Source: Amoebidium appalachense (Eukaryota > Protista > Ichthyosporea). From it: a DNA stretch of 64,000 bases. The stretch is taken from contig CAVNZM010000012.1 of the NCBI GenBank assembly GCA_963693365.1, positions 186,001 through 250,000 on the forward strand. Direction: 5' to 3'. Positions 24,034-48,010 of this stretch are shown in pieces; position 1 is the stretch's first letter, and each line of letters opens with the position of its first letter. The notes under the pieces are model-generated. The model was not told the DNA's origin. It saw only the letters and a list, made by a program, of their open reading frames with translations, and did not search any database. The position numbers and the translations under genes were made by a program.

Positions 24034-24465
24034 GAGGAAGATGCTATGACACGGATCACAATCCAATTAATGTCTAAGCGATTCTGCCTCGTGACGTCAA
24101 AAAGCTGCCCGGACCATTTTACCATGCAGAGAATCCCATTTTAAAAAACGCTTATGCAAGCACACTAGTCGGTACTTTCCTTTTTTCTTGTGCTGTAGCA
24201 AAACTGCATGCAATAATAGACTTGCGGCAGCATCCACCACCAAAATGATCAAATATTTTTATCGCCGTGGGTTGATTCTGCCACGATTACCTTGCTTTGC
24301 CTAATCATGGCATGGGTCCTAAAACGGCAGTATGTAGCACACACACACACACACACACACAGTACCCACACACAAAGCGAGAGAGAGAGAGGGAGGGACG
24401 GGAAGGGGGGGGGAGGGGGAGGGGGAGGGGGAGAAAGAGCAAACGAAGAAAGGAGAGTGAGGGGG

Positions 24466-24539
<74 letters not shown>

Positions 24540-24917
24540 AGGGAGAGCCAGAGGAAGGAAGGGAGGGAGGAAGGGAGGGAGGGAGGGAGGAAGAAAGGGC
24601 AGCCTGTACACAACATCATGTGCACCCCTGCGCCACACAGCAAGACGTACCTTAATGGCAATTGGTATGTGACCCAGGAAGCGAGCCTCGATGTTCATCT
24701 CCCAGCGGTGCCATATCTGGCCAAAGCCAATAAAGGCCCTCCTCAGCAGTGGGTGGCCCACGGCCTGCTGCTTGATCTGGTTGGCTAGCGGCTTGGACAG
24801 CTGCCGCACTGAGGGGGGTCAGAACACATGGGTTATAAGGGGAAGAAAATGGCTCAGGTCTGTGAGCATATGTTGTAGGTATATGGGCAAGGGTTGGGGG
24901 GGGGGGGGGGGAGGGGT

Positions 24918-24948
<31 letters not shown>

Positions 24949-25341
24949 GGGGGGGGGCTTTGTCTCTGACTGCCTGCCTTGAGTAGCTGTTAGGTTCCCA
25001 CGAAACGGATTGCGCCATTCATGTTTTTGACCCAATTGCCGCGTGACATAAGAAAATCGGCAGACGGAGGAAACCACTAGCAGTGGGATGAGAACTGGCT
25101 AAGTTGTTGGGTTTGTGAATACAATCCAATAGAACGAAAAGATGCAGCAAAGAGCTGTGGCGGGAAGAGGTGTGGTACCACATGGGAAAACGGGCATGCC
25201 ACCCTCACTATCATAAGGATCGAGGCGGAAGTTTCTGAGGAGCCGCATGTTGGGTCAAGAAGCCGAAGGGAGAGAAGCGAGCAGGAGGAAGGAGGTAGTG
25301 CTGGTGATGGTCGTGGTGGTGGTGGTGGTGGGTGGGTGGGT

Positions 25342-25374
<33 letters not shown>

Positions 25375-25434
25375 CGGGGGACGGCTGAACGCACCTAGCA
25401 GGCCAAGCAGCTTGTCTACGGGCAGCACGGCCAT
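21993..25434 (-). CDS. OPA3: OPA3-like protein (5 exons; last exon Ser/Thr/Pro-rich, exact stop uncertain)
   Basis: Splices to MAVLPVDKLLGLL-VRQLSKPLANQIKQQAVGHPLLRRAFIGFGQIWHRWEM...IAIK-ALPEEKAFQSGAEVFGELFVYCTAA-GVLLNEYNRSAKKE...-RVEEL. This matches the OPA3 motifs KL.xL.vRqlSKP.AN, L.EE.A...GAE..GE.F.Y and EY.RS..KE. Confidence 0.9.
22521..22660 (-). repeat. Dispersed ~135-bp intronic repeat, copy in OPA3 intron
   Basis: Reverse complement is near-identical to 32677-32812 (aggatgggctctgcttatgacgc...tgttccgcattcaaaccccc). Confidence 0.9.
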
Positions 25435-26136
25435 TTTGTCTCCCCTATCTCAATTTAGGCGAAAACAAGAAAACGTTTTGAGGTGGCTGCCCAGCTAGGC
25501 CCAAAGCACAACAGGATTCAGCTAATTGCAGGGTGTTGCAGAAAACGCCTAGTGAAGAAGGTCAACCCAGATAAAAAAAAGTGCGATTAAGAAAAACTAA
25601 TATAAAACATGGCAAACGCGCTTTGTTTTGTCAAACAGCCCTAAATGGACACGAAGGTTAGCATGTTCCGAGGCTCCGGCCCCCCACGAACAAACATTAT
25701 AAAAAAAAAGTTTCCGGAGCCGAGCGCATGGTTGACTTGAATCTTGGCTGGAAACAACAGAGCACACACAAGCCAATCAGATAACGCCAATATGTGCTTT
25801 ATTTGGTATGTATTTGTGTCTGTGATTGGCTAATCTAAAACCTTCGAAATTCGATTTTCCGCCCAAGGCTTTGAAAGTTTGGCAAGTTCAACAACTTGAA
25901 AAGAAACACAAAAAAAATCATTTACCATATAATAGAGTTTCTGTCTAGTGGAGACAATTGCAGGGCTAACGCGAATTTGTTATCAAGGATCTCTCTGAAT
26001 GAAATTATATATAGAGCATGCACTGTCATAAGGCGCGTACCAGATTGACATACTGATAGTTGTCTGGAAAACATCCCTTCTTTCTAGCCCACGCAGCAGT
26101 CAGCCGTGAGTGCAGCAGACAGGGCGGGCCTGCACC

Positions 26137-35830
<9,694 letters not shown>

Positions 35831-36077
35831 TGTGACGCTGGAGCCAGTTTTACACTATTTGCAAGCATACTCGATCCAGATTCTGCACACATACACAATT
35901 CTCACACATAGTCGAATGACAATACATACAAACAGTTACATGTAGTCAGATGAGCAGTTGGTGCAGGACACCAAAGTGTTGCTTTTAGGGTGTTGCGAAG
36001 ATTCAGCACCCGAATCAGATATATACATAGCCCTGCAGGCAGGGTCACCAATAAACAACATAAAAGAAGCAATAAAA

Positions 36078-36109
36078 CTCTTTGCTGTGTGGTGGTGTTT
36101 ATAAACACC
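36078..36109 (-). promoter_or_regulatory. H2A 3' histone stem-loop plus downstream element
   Basis: Minus strand GGTGTT-TATA-AACACC ACCAC ACAG CAAAGAG, 40 nt after the stop. Confidence 0.9.
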
Positions 36110-36149
36110 AGATATTTGCAGACCCTAGCAGGTCAGGTACTGTGTGCAC

Positions 36150-37114
<965 letters not shown>

Positions 37115-37150
37115 GTGTCTCTGCTGCAGCTGCACTTCAAGCAAACTATT

Positions 37151-37182
37151 GGTGTTTTTAAACACCACCACCTTTCAAAGAA
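37151..37182 (+). promoter_or_regulatory. H4 3' histone stem-loop plus downstream element
   Basis: GGTGTT-TTTA-AACACC ACCAC CTTT CAAAGAA. Confidence 0.9.
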
Positions 37183-38140
37183 CTTTACGTACTCCTAAAG
37201 GGCTTTTACGCTGTGTGGTACCATACCGTAAGCATGGTATGATGCAACTCGAAAAATGCATTTACCCTATGCACCTTTTCTTTGGGGTTAACCTTGAAGA
37301 GAAGACCACTTACATGCTTGTTGATGTGCTTTCTTTCAAATATCCTTGTTGTTAAAGATGTGGGAGATGGTATGCGTCAGTCATGTGTTGGTTCTGAGAC
37401 ATGCATGTGCTTTGAGCGCTGTACGTTGTGTACACATGCTTGCATGCCTTCGTCGTTTTCCACGCTCTCCGCTCGTTATACATTCTGGACCCGTTACGCA
37501 ACATGGTTATATTCACTGAATTCAGGCACTGCAGGCTTCGAGACAGCTGTAACATTCACCATATCCAGCCCTGCTTCCCACCTCTACCCCCCCCCCCCCC
37601 CCCCCCCCTCAAACAGAAGAAAAAAAGCTACGAAGAAAACACCTTAAACAGTGCAGGGGCCAAAAACAAGGCAATCCCAATACATATTAGTGCCAAATTG
37701 TGTGCACACCTTTTTTCGTCTCATACTCTCCACGGTTGCCATTGATAGAGTGTTGGGGTACCAGCTGACCAGGTCCCTGAGACCGTGACAAGGCAGGTAC
37801 TGAAGAGTGGCTCGTTCGTGTGGTGGCTTCCACTATATTAATAACCCTCTTTCCCCCCCCCTCCCCCCCACCTCCCCGAACAACACATAAACGTGCATGT
37901 CTGTGTTTGTGTGTGTGTTGTGTACACAAACACAAAGCATACGGACAAACGCATGTGTGCATGCATCACAGGCACATGACACGGAGCACGCACGTACGCG
38001 CAGCAAATACGTGTTTAAGCAGTCTCTGCACGACCACTGGCTCCGGAGGGGGGGGGGGGGGGGGGGGGGGGGATAGTCTCGAGGATCCAATATTGGGCGT
38101 GTTGATGATGCTGGCTGGGGGGTGTTAGCTGAGAGAGGGG

Positions 38141-38251
38141 AAAAAAATAGTAGAGGCACGAGCCGGACTCGAACCTGAGAGAACTTGAGTGCAACACTGA
38201 ATCTTGTTGGCGGACAATCTTGCACGCGGACGCACAGGTTCCCTCTCCTCT

Positions 38252-38254
<3 letters not shown>
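38141..38254 (-). ncRNA. Candidate Pol III structured small RNA (vault-RNA-like or tRNA-derived)
   Basis: Minus strand has a perfect B box GGTTCGAGTCC, a T7 terminator 17 nt later, and nested complementary pairs TAGAGG/CCTCTA, GAACCTG/CAGGTTC and GTGCAA/TTGCAC. It does not form a cloverleaf. Confidence 0.45.
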
Positions 38255-38285
<31 letters not shown>

Positions 38286-38538
38286 CCCCCCCCCCCTTCT
38301 CGGCTAGGAGCGCTGGCCATCTACCTTCACACTTTGTTTATTTCCTTTATTAGCTAAGATTTGTATGCACAACATAATAATACTTAGTGCTTATACACGT
38401 TTCATCTTTGTTTGCACACACTTGTAAGGATCAGCACACCTGTACACACCGCGCCATTCTGGATACATAATATATCATCCACTGAGCCTGCATCACAAAT
38501 ACTAACCACTAACCTGAAGTCACCCTAACGCTACCATA

Positions 38539-40200
38539 ATGACTGAAGCCCCGCCCCCTCCCATGGGGCCCTCTAGGGCCTCTCACCGGGGGATACAAAA
38601 AACGCAAGTACGAGGAAATAAAAACTTCTGTCAGACAATTGGCAAAAAGAAACCATCAGAAAAAAGACTCCTAGCTGAGCGACTGAAAACAGCAAGGGCT
38701 AAGAGACAGGCTATTCTTCTGAAAAAACAAAACTACTGTCAGACAATTTGGCAAAAAGAAACCATCGGAAAAAAGACTCCTAGCTGAGCGACTGAAAAAA
38801 GCAAGGGCTAAGAGACAGGCTATTCTTCTGAAAAAACAAAACCAGCAAAGCAACGAAGATAACACCACCTCTCAAGAGGCATGCGTGCATGATCCACGAG
38901 AGGCATCAATCAATCAATTCCAAACAGACCCCACAAGGACCGATACTTTAAACAACGGAGATACGAACACGGAAGAAGGGAAAAGGGACGTGGATGAAGG
39001 AAACGATGGAGACAAAAGGATGGACACGGAAGGTGGAGAGGGTAACAGGGAGATTAAAGAAGAAGAAAGGGAGGGGGAGGGAATGGAAGTGGATGGTGGG
39101 AGGGAAACACATGAAAGGATGCTCATAGACCGTGAAGAAGACAACCCAGAGATGGGGAAATGGGACAAGGGTGGGGAGGAAATAACAGTAGAAGAAAAGG
39201 AGATGGAGGAGCGTAAAGGTGACAGAAGAAATGAAGAGAGAGACAACGAAGATACTGATCGGGGAGATGAAAAAGAAAGCGGAGGAGGGGTTAGGGAAGG
39301 GGCTGGGGATGGAGACGGGGGTGAAAGTGACACAGACACAGACGTGGCTAGTGGGAAGGATGGAGAATTGGAGGGTAACGGAATAAGGAAAAGAAAAATG
39401 AGGAAACAGAGAGCGATAACAGATGAGGACTTGAAGAGAGCGGTAAAAGGAACATTTGAGTTGAAAGGAAAACTACCAAGGGTAAAAAGGGGAGATGTGT
39501 GGGGGGGAGTTGAAGTAAGCAGTGTGGTGGAAGGGGAGAATTTCGAAACGGAGAAGGAAAGGAGTTCTTTCGCCAGCAACGTAGCCGCACAATGCATCGA
39601 CGCATTCGAACTTGCGAACATGAAGTCCCACCTTCATATACATGCGGCACCTAAACCAACAACACCAAAAACCAAACAATGCACACGGAGACAAAGGGCG
39701 GCACGAGTATTAGGCTACACAATACTGCAGAGCGGTAGCTACACATCGGCCATACCTGCACTTGAAACTTTGCTGGATTAAATGATCGGAACACCAGAAC
39801 AACTTCTCCCATACATGCTGCTTTACCAAACCTGCGCCGAGAGAGCATTGCTAAGGGCAAACAGGGAAGAGCGCAGAGGGAGGCACCCCAAGGCGCTGCG
39901 TACTACGCCCAACGAAGATTGGGAGGAAGTGACGGATGATAACGAGAACATGGACGCTCAAGAAGAGGAAGAGGAAGACTGGGACGGAATGGAAGACGAC
40001 GTGGAGGAAGAACCGTAGGAACTGGAAGAGGGGGAAGATGTGTATGCGGGGACGGATGCAGCGGAGAGAATTATTGTTGAAAAGAAGGGAATGGAAAAAT
40101 GAGGAGAATACAAGGAACAGCGAGAACGAGGGAACAAAATAAATGGATAGAGATGGAAAGAACCAAAAAGAAGAGAGAAGGAGAGACGGAGGTGGGAGGG
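38539..40200 (+). pseudogene. Disrupted intronless ORF (basic N-terminus, long D/E-rich tracts), probably transposon-derived
   Basis: The ORFs 38539-, 38885- and 39782- join into one frame if the ~109-bp tandem duplication (38621-38842) is collapsed and the in-frame stops at 39779, 40016 and ~40100 are read through. The top strand is strongly purine-rich and lacks the host intron microsatellites. Confidence 0.6.
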
Positions 40201-40652
40201 GGGAGGGGGGAGGGGGGAATTATCGATCATTTAGATTAGTTAGTAATGATCAAGAAACGTTAAGTTAGTAATGGTCAAGAAACATCCTATAATTATTTTT
40301 TTTTGCACCATTCAGTATTTTTGTAGCATTCCCCCTGTTGAGACCGGTAGCATGTGCAGCTCCACTATGGTTGGACTGTTTTTCTTTTTCCTTTTATAGC
40401 AACCATGTTTTCGCAAGGCCAACGGTGCCTCTACCCAACAAGGCACATATGTAATATGTGGAAATATAACCCCCTTTTTATAATTTAACAAAAAACTTTT
40501 GGAGAAGGGACAAAGGAAAATAATAAGAAAGAGACGAACGGGCCTGTACAGGGGGATGAAAACTTGGCTTCATACTTCCCTTACATGAGGCTAGTTAACG
40601 TTAACGTTTGCAATGGACGGGGCTGGACGTTTGTACACGTGTGTGTATGTAT

Positions 40653-40693
<41 letters not shown>

Positions 40694-42038
40694 CACAGTG
40701 TAGGCATTTTCTGACTGGGAGTGGCGGACGCCGGGGGCTTTTCATATAGAAGGAAGGCGCCGGGGCCGAGGGGAGACGAATATTAGTTTGCCGTGTGTAC
40801 GTCCTAATGTACATGTGATGTGTGTGTGGCAGTGTGTGGAATTCAGGCCCGAGGGAAAGGGGGGGGGGGGGGGGGGGGGGGGGGGGAAGGGGGAGACAAG
40901 TTTGTGTGTGTGTGTAGGCCCGGAGGGTGAGGGGTATTTGCTAAGCCCTTTTTTATTGTTGTTGCTTTTGTTGTTTTTTGTTTTTTTTTGTTGGGGGGGG
41001 GGGGGGGGGGGGGGGGGTAATATATTAGTGGGTGTACGTGTGTGTGTGTGGAGGGGGGGAGGGGGGAGGCAACGGGTTTTTCATCTTTTCTTTGGAGGGA
41101 GAGGGGGGGGGGGGGGGGGGGGGGAGGGGGGGAGGGAGAGGCGGGGGGGTGTTCATGGAAAACTAACAAACTTTTTGGTAATTGCAGATGATTGAAGATT
41201 GAGTGTTTGCTGAGCCTCAGAACGGCTTATTTAACGCATAGGATGTCGTGTGGCAGGAAGGATGATGGGAACGGCCCGGAAGGGAGGAGAAGTGCACAAG
41301 GAGGAATGGGGAGCAGACAAGGAAGCTTGCAGGAGGGGAAGGGGGGGGGGGGGGGGGGGGGGGGGGAGAAGAAGGGGTATGCCGTACATGCACAAGACTT
41401 AGTCAATGATGAGAACAAAGGGGTTCGCAAGCAGTGGTGTGGATGAGAAGAGCGTGAGGGGAAAGACGGTGCTATGTTTCAAAGTAATAGTTTAGATGAG
41501 GTTGAAGTGGATGGGTCAGGAGTCTGGAAGAAAGGGTGAGGGGGGGGGGGGGGGGGGGGGAGGGGGGAGGACGAAAAGTAAATTCGTACGGTACCGGTTG
41601 CTGTTCCAAGACTTTGCCACAACAGGCGCACGTGTTTTATAACGTCTATTGTCTGATGCGTAGCCAAGCAAAGAGGCAGCTAACGTTTTCCAGTACCAAA
41701 ATGTTGTTATGTAGCTATGGCAACGGCACAGGTGCACAACACAAAGTGGATGCGTAACCCCAGCCATGATGCTGTCAGAAGTTCATGAACAGCAACTTGT
41801 GATGCAGACACACGTCATGGTTTGACTTACCAATGAGCAGGGAGAGAGCAGAATTATGCTGTGTTAGGCCTTTGGGTAAACGGTTTGAATAGTAGAGCCA
41901 CTCTGTGGGTAACGTTTTCGTGTTGTGTCGGTGACCGATAATACCAAAAGTGTTTGTACCAGGTATATTGTATAAAACAGTAAAACAAGCACAAGTAAGC
42001 AACATTTCAAAACAAGCACACAAGGAACCAGTATAATA

Positions 42039-42070
42039 TTCTTTGAGGAGTGGTGGTGTTTAAAAACACC
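42039..42070 (-). promoter_or_regulatory. H3 3' histone stem-loop plus downstream element
   Basis: Minus strand CCAAAccact GGTGTT-TTTA-AACACC ACCAC TCCT CAAAGAA. Confidence 0.9.
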
Positions 42071-42106
42071 AGTGGTTTGGGCCCTGTTGGGCACGTAGGT
42101 AGGCGC

Positions 42107-42754
<648 letters not shown>

Positions 42755-43132
42755 ATGCCACCCAAGGGAGGAAAGAAGGCCGAGAAGAAGGCCGGCGAGG
42801 GCGGTGCCGCCGCTGCTGCCAAGAAGGGCGACAAGAAGAAGAAGAAGAAGAGAAAGGAGAGTTACAGCGTGTACATCTACAAGGTGCTGAAGCAGGTGCA
42901 CCCCGACACCGGTATCTCCTCCAAGGCTATGTCCATCATGAACTCTTTCGTGAACGATATTTTCGAGCGTGTTGCTGGTGAGGCCTCCAAGCTGGCGCTC
43001 TACAACAAGAAGTCCACCATCTCCTCACGCGAGATCCAGACTGCCGTGCGCCTGCTCCTCCCCGGTGAGCTTGCCAAGCACGCCGTGTCTGAGGGAACCA
43101 AGGCCGTTACGAAGTACACCTCCAACAAGTAA
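42755..43132 (+). CDS. H2B: Histone H2B (intronless)
   Basis: [40 protein letters not shown]...[26 protein letters not shown]. Confidence 0.99.
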   Translation: MPPKGGKKAEKKAGEGGAAAAAKKGDKKKKKKRKESYSVYIYKVLKQVHPDTGISSKAMSIMNSFVNDIFERVAGEASKLALYNKKSTISSREIQTAVRLLLPGELAKHAVSEGTKAVTKYTSNK

Positions 43133-43172
43133 ATTAATTACACGTGTGCTTCCCCTGCTGCTGCAAAAAACT

Positions 43173-43205
43173 GGTGTTTATAAACACCACTCTCACACCA
43201 AAGAG
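43173..43205 (+). promoter_or_regulatory. H2B 3' histone stem-loop plus downstream element
   Basis: GGTGTT-TATA-AACACC ACTCT CACAC CAAAGAG. Confidence 0.9.
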
Positions 43206-43778
43206 CTATCACACTCATTCCCTCGCTCTACTTTGCCATTCGTTTTTCTATATTCCCGCTGTACGCTCTGAAAACACTAATATGCTATTGATAGTATACA
43301 GAAGGCCTGCCAAATCTCACTTTCTTGCGAAGCATCGCTCTAAGTGGCATGGGCTATACCGGATCGAACCCGTAAAAAAATCGGTGGCTTGTTTGATCTT
43401 CCATTCGCATTCACGCGAACGCCTAGCGGGTTCTGTGCATAAGCCTGCCAAACATCTCGTTGGAGACTTCAAATAAGTGGCACAACTGTGTGTATAGTGC
43501 ATGCAGAATTTAAAATGCATCTAAACATTGCACACCCAAGTCTTTGGCTACATATGTAGGTTGCAGTACATACGGTGTCCTTGTCCTTGGCAGCTCCTTT
43601 TTGGATCGTTTATTTTCGGTGTGCAGTTACACAGTAAGTACCATACAACAAAATGTTTTCAGTTAAAAAAAACCCCTTTCTTGTGCACTATGCACTGTAC
43701 ACTGTACACGGGCTACACTAGTGTTTCTATCAATTAACATGACAAAAGAATTACTGTACGTCGTCCAACCTCCTCCGT

Positions 43779-44460
43779 CTAATTCTTCTTGTTCTTGGGC
43801 ACCTTGTCTGCCGTCCCAAACAGGCGGTCCCCTGCATCTCCCAGCCCCTGCACAGGAACACGTCAGTACATATTGTCTGTGAATGTACCAGGTGCAAAAC
43901 GAGCACACTCGACAAGGAGATACAACCCAGTTAGGAAAAAAAAAAATGCTGCACACACAGCTGGTGCCACCGGTGATGTTCAAAAAGGGGGGTAAAGGAT
44001 CAAGGACCATCGCGACGGGTATAGAATCCTATGAACAATTGCAAAAAAGGCCATAACAAAACACACTAGAAGTAGACGGGTGCATGCAACCAGATCCGAA
44101 TTCAAGCAGCCAAACCAAGCAGGGAGGGTCATGTACGGGCAGGATGTATCCGTTCTCGTTGAGGCCCTCATCCACGTTGCCGGCTATGATGGTCACGTCG
44201 GGGTGGTCCCTCAGCACCCGCACAATCCCCACCGGCGCAGCAATCAGCACCAAGGCCCGTACTTGCCGACACCCAGCCTTTTTTTTTTTTTTTTTTTTTT
44301 TGGGGGGGGGGGGGGGTGTTTGTCAGGCTTTGACAAAATGCATTTAGGCTGGGCCAATCATGTGTAATGAAAAGGTAAGCGTGGGAAGCACAGTGTCAGT
44401 AGTGCACGTACTGGCCATGTAACATGGAACCGGTTATGCTGTCGCGGACACGCTTAACTT

Positions 44461-44496
<36 letters not shown>

Positions 44497-44910
44497 ACCA
44501 CACACACACACACACACACACATATCGCTTAAACTCTGCCCATAAGTTAACAGGGTTGATGTCAGCTTATAAGTTAACAGGGTTGACCATCGAAATGCTT
44601 TTCATGTAATGCTTGATGAGACACATTTCACCTGGATGCTCTGTTGGTCGAACAGCACGAGCCAATAGATGTGCATAACCCAATAGAGTGGTGTGGGTTT
44701 CGTGGTGTTGGTCACACGTATGTGTGTGTGTTTGGGAGGCAGGGATGGGGTCTTTGGGCAGGGGGGCAGGGGTGGCAGAGGCGGAAAGAGGGGGAGGGGG
44801 GGTTTACGTTTTTGAGGCAGGTGATGGTGGCAGAGAGACTGCCGCCTGTGGCCAGCATGGGGTCACAGATGATGGCAAGACGGTCCTTGACACGTGGTGC
44901 TAGCTGTACG

Positions 44911-44941
<31 letters not shown>

Positions 44942-44948
44942 ATTTGTA

Positions 44949-45024
<76 letters not shown>

Positions 45025-45118
45025 TATGTGTGGGTGGGTGGGTGGGTGGGTGTGGGCGTATTAGGTGTGCTCTTCGTTCTTTTTAGGGGTGCGTACGTTT
45101 TTGTGTGTGTGGAGGGGG

Positions 45119-45154
<36 letters not shown>

Positions 45155-45619
45155 CTGTTAGGTTCCAGGACCGAGAAAGTAGTATATCTAAGCATGAAAA
45201 ACACGGTGCAGCTCATAGAATACCTAGAATATCCTATCTAGAAGACCTACATCTAGATCTCTTTAGCAAGAACACAAAAAGCCTTTCCCAATCATCCGCC
45301 ATACCCTCCTCTGAAACCCCAAACCATACACGATGTGGGAAGCCCCCCTCCCCCCCCCCCCCCCCCCCCTCCCTCCCTCCCCTCCTTCCCTTGCTCCCCT
45401 CAAAATGGGCCATGGAAGGAGAGGGGGGGGGGGGGGGGTTGAATGCGGAAAGTCCGAAGTACACATACACGATGAGAAGTATGGTGCAGGACACATGCAA
45501 AGGCAAACATTCGCGGAGGGGAGGGGGGGGAGGGGGAGGCAGGGGCGAGGGGGGAGGGGGGGGGGGGGGGGGGATACTAATAAATTGCTTGCAGGTCGCA
45601 AAGTGTGGCTGTCTTATAA

Positions 45620-45678
<59 letters not shown>

Positions 45679-45996
45679 TGTGTGTGCGTGTGCGTGTGCA
45701 TGTGTGTGTGCATGTGTGCGTGTGCAAGTGCGCGTGTGCGCATGGTGTGCGTGGCGCGGGCTTGTGTGTCACGTGTTTGAACAATACTTTTGATTGATTA
45801 ACCGAAGGGAAGAGGGAGAGCAGGTGCTGGGGAGGGGGGGTTTTGGACAGTGCAACAAGCAAGACTAACTGCGACCAAACGTGCTGGAAGCAACACAAAG
45901 AAACAGGGCTTTTAGGGCAAAGAGCACAACACTTCACCCCCGTCCAAAAATTTGTTGTTGAATCGGCCGGAGTTTAAGAGGATATAAGGGGGTGGG

Positions 45997-46033
<37 letters not shown>

Positions 46034-46271
46034 CTGGGACCTTCTGATAGTACTGCTCGGCCTCGAGGGTGGACTCGTTCCTCTGCATGCCCACAACACT
46101 CGTGCGGCAGTTGGGTATCACCTGCCTCATATGGTAAGCGAGTGTGTGCTTCCAAGGACATGTGATGGGGTCGTGTGGTCGTGAGATGGGGTGGTATGAG
46201 TGGTGGCAGGAGGGAAGGGGTCATGCATGGATTGCCATGTGGTGGGTGGGTGTGTAGGAGGGGTAAGGTGT

Positions 46272-46316
<45 letters not shown>

Positions 46317-46830
46317 GGGGGGGGGGAGGAGGGTACACAATACATTGCTAAACGAAGGGCAAAATAGCAAAAGGTGCATGTTCCAAACTTTAGAGGCCAT
46401 GTTTCCCCTGGGAAAGGGGAAAGGATTTTCACTCCCCTGAGGGGTACACAACCCCCCGCCCGCCCGCCCTGCCCCCTCGCCCTTGCCCTCCCATCCCGTC
46501 TCTCTCTCGCTCCTCATCCCTCCAGCCCCGTTCCCCCTACACACACTCACATCCTCACACCCCCACAGGCTCTCACAGTCGCACACAAGAAAGCATCCTT
46601 GTTATTAGCCAACGGAAGTTTAATACAACAAAGCACGTGACTGCACAAGGGAAATCGAGACAACGACGTACACAATGAGCATGTACACACATGCATCGCC
46701 CTCCCTCTTCCCCCCCCCATCCACCCTCCGTACACACACGTGAATATATACACATACAAACACCCACGGACAAACACATGGAACACGCAGGCACACACAC
46801 AATAATACATGCACACACACAATAATACAT

Positions 46831-46920
<90 letters not shown>

Positions 46921-47179
46921 TGTATATGCCCTCCAGCATACCCAGACCAGCACGGAGAATAGGCACCAGTGTAAGCTTTTTGCCTGCGGCGTCAAGTGTT
47001 AGCGTTGTTCCATAGGAGAAAGTCTATACGGGAATAGGCAACTTGAACACCAGAAGGGGTGGGGAGGTGGGGGGGGGGAGGGGGGGGGGGGGGACAGAGT
47101 ACGGTAGGTGTGTGTGCGCAGTGTGTTCCATAATTTGGGTGTATGTGTGTGTTTGGGGGGAGGGGGGAGGGGAGGGGAA

Positions 47180-47233
<54 letters not shown>

Positions 47234-47979
47234 GTGTGTGTGTGTGCGCGCGCGTCTGTCTGTGGGTGTGGGTGGGTGGGTGGGTGGGTGACTGTGTGGG
47301 TGTGTGACTGTGTGTATGTGCGTGGGTGGGTAACTGGGTGTGTGTGTTTTGGTGTGTGTGGGCATGTGGGCTTGGATGTCTTTGTGGTGTGTGTATCGAG
47401 TATAAATGAGCGTGTGGATATGTGTATGCGGGTTGGTAGTGCGGTGGGTGCGAGTATGGGTATATGTGATTGTGTGTGTCTGCGTATGTGTGCCGTGTGG
47501 TGCCGTGTGGTGATTGTGTGTGTGTGTGTAGTGGGTGGGCGGTGGGTGGGTGTGCGCGTATGGGTGTGGGTGTGTGGAGGTGGGTGCCCTGCCTGGTGAG
47601 TGTGAGAGGTTGTGTAGTGCATTATGTTGCACACCACGGCAGTGTGCCTGCATGTATAACTGGACGAATGCCAGCGTGATTCTAGTGCATGCAGAAAGGC
47701 ATGTTCGACCACCATGTAAAATCTATGTTGGTATGGGCACTATTCCACTGTGTACTTAGTCAGTGTTGTTGGTATTTACGTGTGTCCTTTCGTGTTCTGG
47801 GCGAGTTGTCCGGCATACGTCACCATGTTTAAACGTGTGCACTGTGGGCATGTCAGCAATAACTGCGTGTATGAATCGAGAGCCCAAAGGACGTACTGAC
47901 GGTCCATAGTGAATGTGGTTGTGGGGAGTGCGGGTTTGTGAGGGGGTGGGGGTGGTTGTTGTTGTTCTCGTTGTTGTGC

Positions 47980-48010
<31 letters not shown>

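Noticed and set aside
38141-38254. Possibility that the structured element is the U7 snRNA or a tRNA
   Set aside because: It has no 5' YUCUUUG anti-HDE segment and no AAUUUGUCUAG-like Sm site, and U7 is a Pol II transcript. The 5' half cannot pair to form a tRNA acceptor stem.
39779-40018. Stop-codon reassignment or readthrough in the acidic ORF
   Set aside because: Neighbouring host genes end normally in TAA, TAG and TGA, and the ORF also has a frameshifting duplication, so pseudogenisation is simpler.
43960-44030. Possible extra UPRT exon ([14 protein letters not shown]...)
   Set aside because: GYILP joins directly to [12 protein letters not shown] without it, matching Upp.
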